Part shown: piece by piece, positions 61,046-64,000 of the stretch
How positions within the stretch are numbered: position 1 is the first letter of the stretch
Layout of the letters: every line of letters begins with the position of its first letter
Assembly (NCBI GenBank): GCA_025594325.1
Contig: JANHCV010000004.1
Span: forward strand, 1,302,001 to 1,366,000
DNA: 64,000 bases
From: Blastocladiella emersonii ATCC 22665
Taxonomy: Eukaryota > Fungi > Blastocladiomycota
Direction of reading: 5' to 3'
Translations under genes and position numbers: made by a program
Notes under the pieces: model-generated
What the model was told of the DNA's origin: nothing
Database searches by the model: none
The model's input: only the letters and a program-made list of their open reading frames with translations

Positions 61046-62032
61046 ATGTCTGCCTCGATCGCTCTTGCCGCCCCCGTCTCGCCGTCGTCCAAGTCGCCCG
61101 TGTCCTCGGTCAAGCACTCGCTCCGCGTCGTGGTCGCTCCCGCGAACGGCACCAGTAGCTGCAACGTGCCCGGGAACAAGGTTGCCGACAACGAGTGCGC
61201 CGTCGACTCGACGCCGACCCCTACGGTCGGCACCCTCAAGGACCGCTTCGAGCAGCTCGCGTCTGCTCCAAGCTCGCCCGCCGGCACCAGCCCGCGCTCG
61301 GCCTGCTCGCGGTCCTCGGACCAGGTCCACGTCGTCAAGTTCATCGGCGACAACGGCCACTTCGTGCAGGGCGACGACACCATCAAGTCCAAGTCGGCTC
61401 CGGCGGGTCCCGCGACGGCGGCGGCGGTCGTGCTCGGGACGCTCGCGGGGGTTCATGTGGCTACCCTGCGTGCTTCCTTTGAGCCCACGACCGTCGCTGT
61501 GGCTGCTGTCGCTCCCGTCACCCCGGCTACCGACGTCCCGGCTGCCGTCGACACCCTCGCGTCGACTGCGGCGCCCATCAAGGAGATCGTCTCGTGCCCC
61601 GTCCCCGTCGCTGCTGCCCCTACCGCCGAGAAGAAGCGTAGCGCCGCTGGCAAAGTGCTGCGCTGGGTCCGCCGCCGTGCTGGCCACCGTGGCAGTGCGT
61701 CTCCGGCCGCGGTGGACCCCGAGGTCAAGGTGGTGGTGGCGGCGGAGGCCGTCGAGGCCAACGTCGCGAACGTCGTCGGCTCGAACCTGGCCGTCCTGTC
61801 GGCCGCGCTCGGGTCCGATCAGACGCTGGTTGACAACCACGAGTCGACCTCCCGCTGGTCGTCCTTCAAGGCCCGGATCGGCAGCCTCCTGGGCGGTGCA
61901 TCCAGTACCGTCAAGGCGTCCGCCGTCTCGTCCGAGTCCAAGCCGCACCCGATCAAGCGTGGCGGCGTCAAGGTTCTACCAACCACCCCGTCGCCTGTCG
62001 TGGTCCTGCGGTCCGCTGCCCTTGTTTCTTGA
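61046..62032 (+). CDS. Hypothetical Ala/Val/Ser/Pro-rich protein
   Basis: 328-aa ATG-started ORF with host codon bias and a TATA-like element upstream at about 60948; no recognised domain. Confidence 0.6.
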   Translation: MSASIALAAPVSPSSKSPVSSVKHSLRVVVAPANGTSSCNVPGNKVADNECAVDSTPTPTVGTLKDRFEQLASAPSSPAGTSPRSACSRSSDQVHVVKFIGDNGHFVQGDDTIKSKSAPAGPATAAAVVLGTLAGVHVATLRASFEPTTVAVAAVAPVTPATDVPAAVDTLASTAAPIKEIVSCPVPVAAAPTAEKKRSAAGKVLRWVRRRAGHRGSASPAAVDPEVKVVVAAEAVEANVANVVGSNLAVLSAALGSDQTLVDNHESTSRWSSFKARIGSLLGGASSTVKASAVSSESKPHPIKRGGVKVLPTTPSPVVVLRSAALVS

Positions 62033-62719
62033 GTCTTCTCTTTTGTGTTTCAGTTCGTGATACCTATCATCTAAACCGAAATCTCTGCTGTTTGCCTGCT
62101 TCGCGTGTAATTTGATCTCGGCTTGTTCTCATTCATTCTCGATGGTCTTTCGACTTTGACTTGGTGATGCGGTCCATGAATCGAATGTGAGTAACATGTA
62201 CCGGTGAGCTTTGATCATGTCATTACTGCAGCATGCTGTCGAGCCGGTGACCATGTGAAAAGCGTCGCGTTGTTCACGTCGCGGCTGCGCCACCCAGGGC
62301 TAAGCCACCACCACCGACACTCGGTCGCCCGCCGCCGCTTTCTGCTTCCACGGCTTCCCTTCCGTTTGCATCTCGTCTTCTCAGGTCGCCGTTGACAACG
62401 GGCTGTGCACCGGATTCAGGGAGGATCCGCAGCGGACGCTGACCGCACCTGCAGCTTTCCGCCGGAACGGAACTACGGCGCGCTGCGGCGCCGCCCCCGC
62501 GTCGTTGGACCACGCGCCGTGGAAGTCACCGCCATGCCTAGGATCCAGCGTGGGACTCTTCTCCCATGAAGACTCAACGACTATTGACTCAATGGCTCAG
62601 ACGTGGCGCTGATGATACGACGGCACAAGCAGAATGCACATCCTATAACTATGAGCAAACACCGCGTGTGATCGAGAGCTCACGAAGCAGGACGAGCGGA
62701 GGGCAGCGAGCGCGCGTGC

Positions 62720-63255
62720 TTCTCCATTCACCCGCGCCCTGAGCCCCCAAGGGGACCGAGCCAGAAGCGCAAGGGAGAAGACACGCGACGGCACACACGT
62801 TTCGTCTCCATTCACCCGCGTCCCGAGCCTCCATGGAGACCGAGCCGGACGACGCGGGGGAGAGTCCTCTGCGGCGGCCACGGCTTGACGGCGGCCTCGC
62901 GTCACGATCGCACTTTCGTCTCCATTTACCCGCGTCCCGAGCCTCCATGGAGACCTAGCCGGGCGACGCGGGGGAGAGTACTCGGGGGCCTCGCACACGT
63001 CCCGGGCCACTCCGTTCACCCGCGCCTCGAGCCCCCATGGGGGCCTAGCCGAGAACGCGGGGGAGAGCCCGTTTGCGACCACCTCTCGCGCGCGTTCGTC
63101 TCCATTTACCCACGTCCCGAGCCCCCAAGGGGACCGAGCCGGTGACGCAGGGGAGAGTACTAGGCGGCAGAGTTAGCGCCTCGTGTGCGCTTTCGTCTCC
63201 ATATACCCGCGCCCCGAACCCCCATGGGGGTCTAGCCGGGAGCGCGGGGGAGAGT
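62720..63255. repeat. Array of six structured ~60-65-nt repeats separated by 21-48-nt variable spacers
   Basis: Copies at about 62720, 62800, 62914, 63009, 63095 and 63191. Consensus: TTCGTCTCCATTYACCCGCGYCCCGAGCCYCCAWGGRGACCKAGCCGG..GACGCGGGGGAGAGT. Confidence 0.9.
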
Positions 63256-63299
63256 ACTCGGCGGCGGAATCGCGCGGGAGGAACGACCGACTGCTCGTG

Positions 63300-64000
63300 G
63301 TGCTGCCACTCTTCTTGATCTGCGACGCGGTACCGCGCACGACTGCTGCGACACGATCGAGTCGCGCCGGACAGTTGAGGCCGGGCGGAGGACCGAGTTC
63401 TTGACGATGATGGTCTTGAGGTCTCAGCAGTCGCGGACACGTCGAGGCTGATGATGAAACACGACGCGCGACAGCGACCGCGACCGCGGCGGATCGAGTT
63501 GAACGAGCGTGCGCCTTGGCCAGGCCTTGCCGCCGAGCTTGGTCACGGTGCCCAGTACTTGGTGTCGAGGTAGTTGTGGTGGTCGGACGTCGATACACTA
63601 CACGGCGAGGGTTATGAGTTAGAGATCAGAGAGACCGGTTTGGGTGCGCATCATGATCATACCTGTCGCGATGCACCACCAAGAACCGAGACTGGAGCTT
63701 GGGCAGGGCAACGAGACTCTCAGCCAGCTCGACGTGAACTCGATGCCGAGCACGCCTTGGCCGTGATCCAGATCATGTCGACGGGTCAAGAGGGGGCGGG
63801 CGGAACTTGAGCACCGTCGTGGCCGTCATGTTGCGACGGGTGCAGCAGGTCCTTGAGGCGTCGCCGAGCCGTGGTCGTTGATGATCATGTGGCCGACTCG
63901 GACGAGGAGGAGGGAGGCCGATCGAGTTGATATCATGGTGGACGGTGAAGACTTGATGAGGCCGAGAGGCAGCAGGAGCGACGGGAGCTCGAGTATTTGT
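63300..64000 (-). pseudogene. Degraded intron-containing gene running out of the window
   Basis: Intron-like GTATGA...CTAAC...TAG at about 63660-63600, with flanking short high-GC3 peptides in shifting frames. Confidence 0.3.

Noticed and set aside
55515-62600. TIR pair delimiting a Fanzor B transposon
   Set aside because: I found no inverted copy of the 28-mer and no TSD upstream of Fanzor B by eye.
62990-63005. Spacer 3 match CACACGTCCCGGG to the TAPT1 CDS near 1468
   Set aside because: A 13-nt GC-rich match is plausible by chance in 128 kb of double-strand sequence.
62720-63255. Bona fide CRISPR array, hammerhead or HDV-like ribozyme
   Set aside because: The host is eukaryotic with no cas genes, and the repeats are too long and variable for CRISPR. 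GACGAAA is present but CUGANGA is not, and the HDV catalytic-C context is not matched.
62597-63440. Repeat-protein ORF (SP.RPARSPW.LG.RVNGDE) spanning the array
   Set aside because: Four of five periods are multiples of 3, so it is not fully excluded. But 1-nt indels within the conserved unit, one frameshifted period and stem-compensatory substitutions fit a structural repeat better.
1-64000. Prokaryotic origin suggested by high GC and TnpB-like genes
   Set aside because: Spliceosomal introns, eukaryote-specific genes and Fanzor1-type (TDG) motifs show the DNA is eukaryotic.

Overview
GC-rich eukaryotic DNA with short GT-AG introns. Gene content (EFR3, Dma1, tafazzin, COQ6, centriolar POC5) points to a zoosporic fungus, probably Blastocladiomycota-like (inference). 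Housekeeping genes are densely packed: TAPT1/EMP65, DMA1, a RING-YEATS protein, Pol eta, a CBS protein, TAZ1, COQ6, ALG14, MBF1, a long-chain acyl-CoA ligase, UBE2S, MSS4, DHR1, CIA2, POC5, glutaminyl cyclase and EFR3. Three accessory regions interrupt them. (1) About 29.3-38.0 kb: a Fanzor pseudogene, tRNA-Pro, an F-box/ankyrin pseudogene, a PIF/Harbinger element with TIRs and ATT TSD, and an intact-looking Fanzor1 followed by a candidate omegaRNA. (2) 42.9-46.1 kb: a Pack-MULE-like element (about 115-bp TIRs, 9-bp TSD) carrying a decayed ATR/Mec1 fragment. (3) About 55.5-64 kb: a second Fanzor1 with a duplicated downstream motif, decayed fragments, and an array of six structured ~60-65-nt repeats with compensatory base changes, separated by variable spacers. 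All calls come from motif reading by eye; exon boundaries are approximate and no database search was run.
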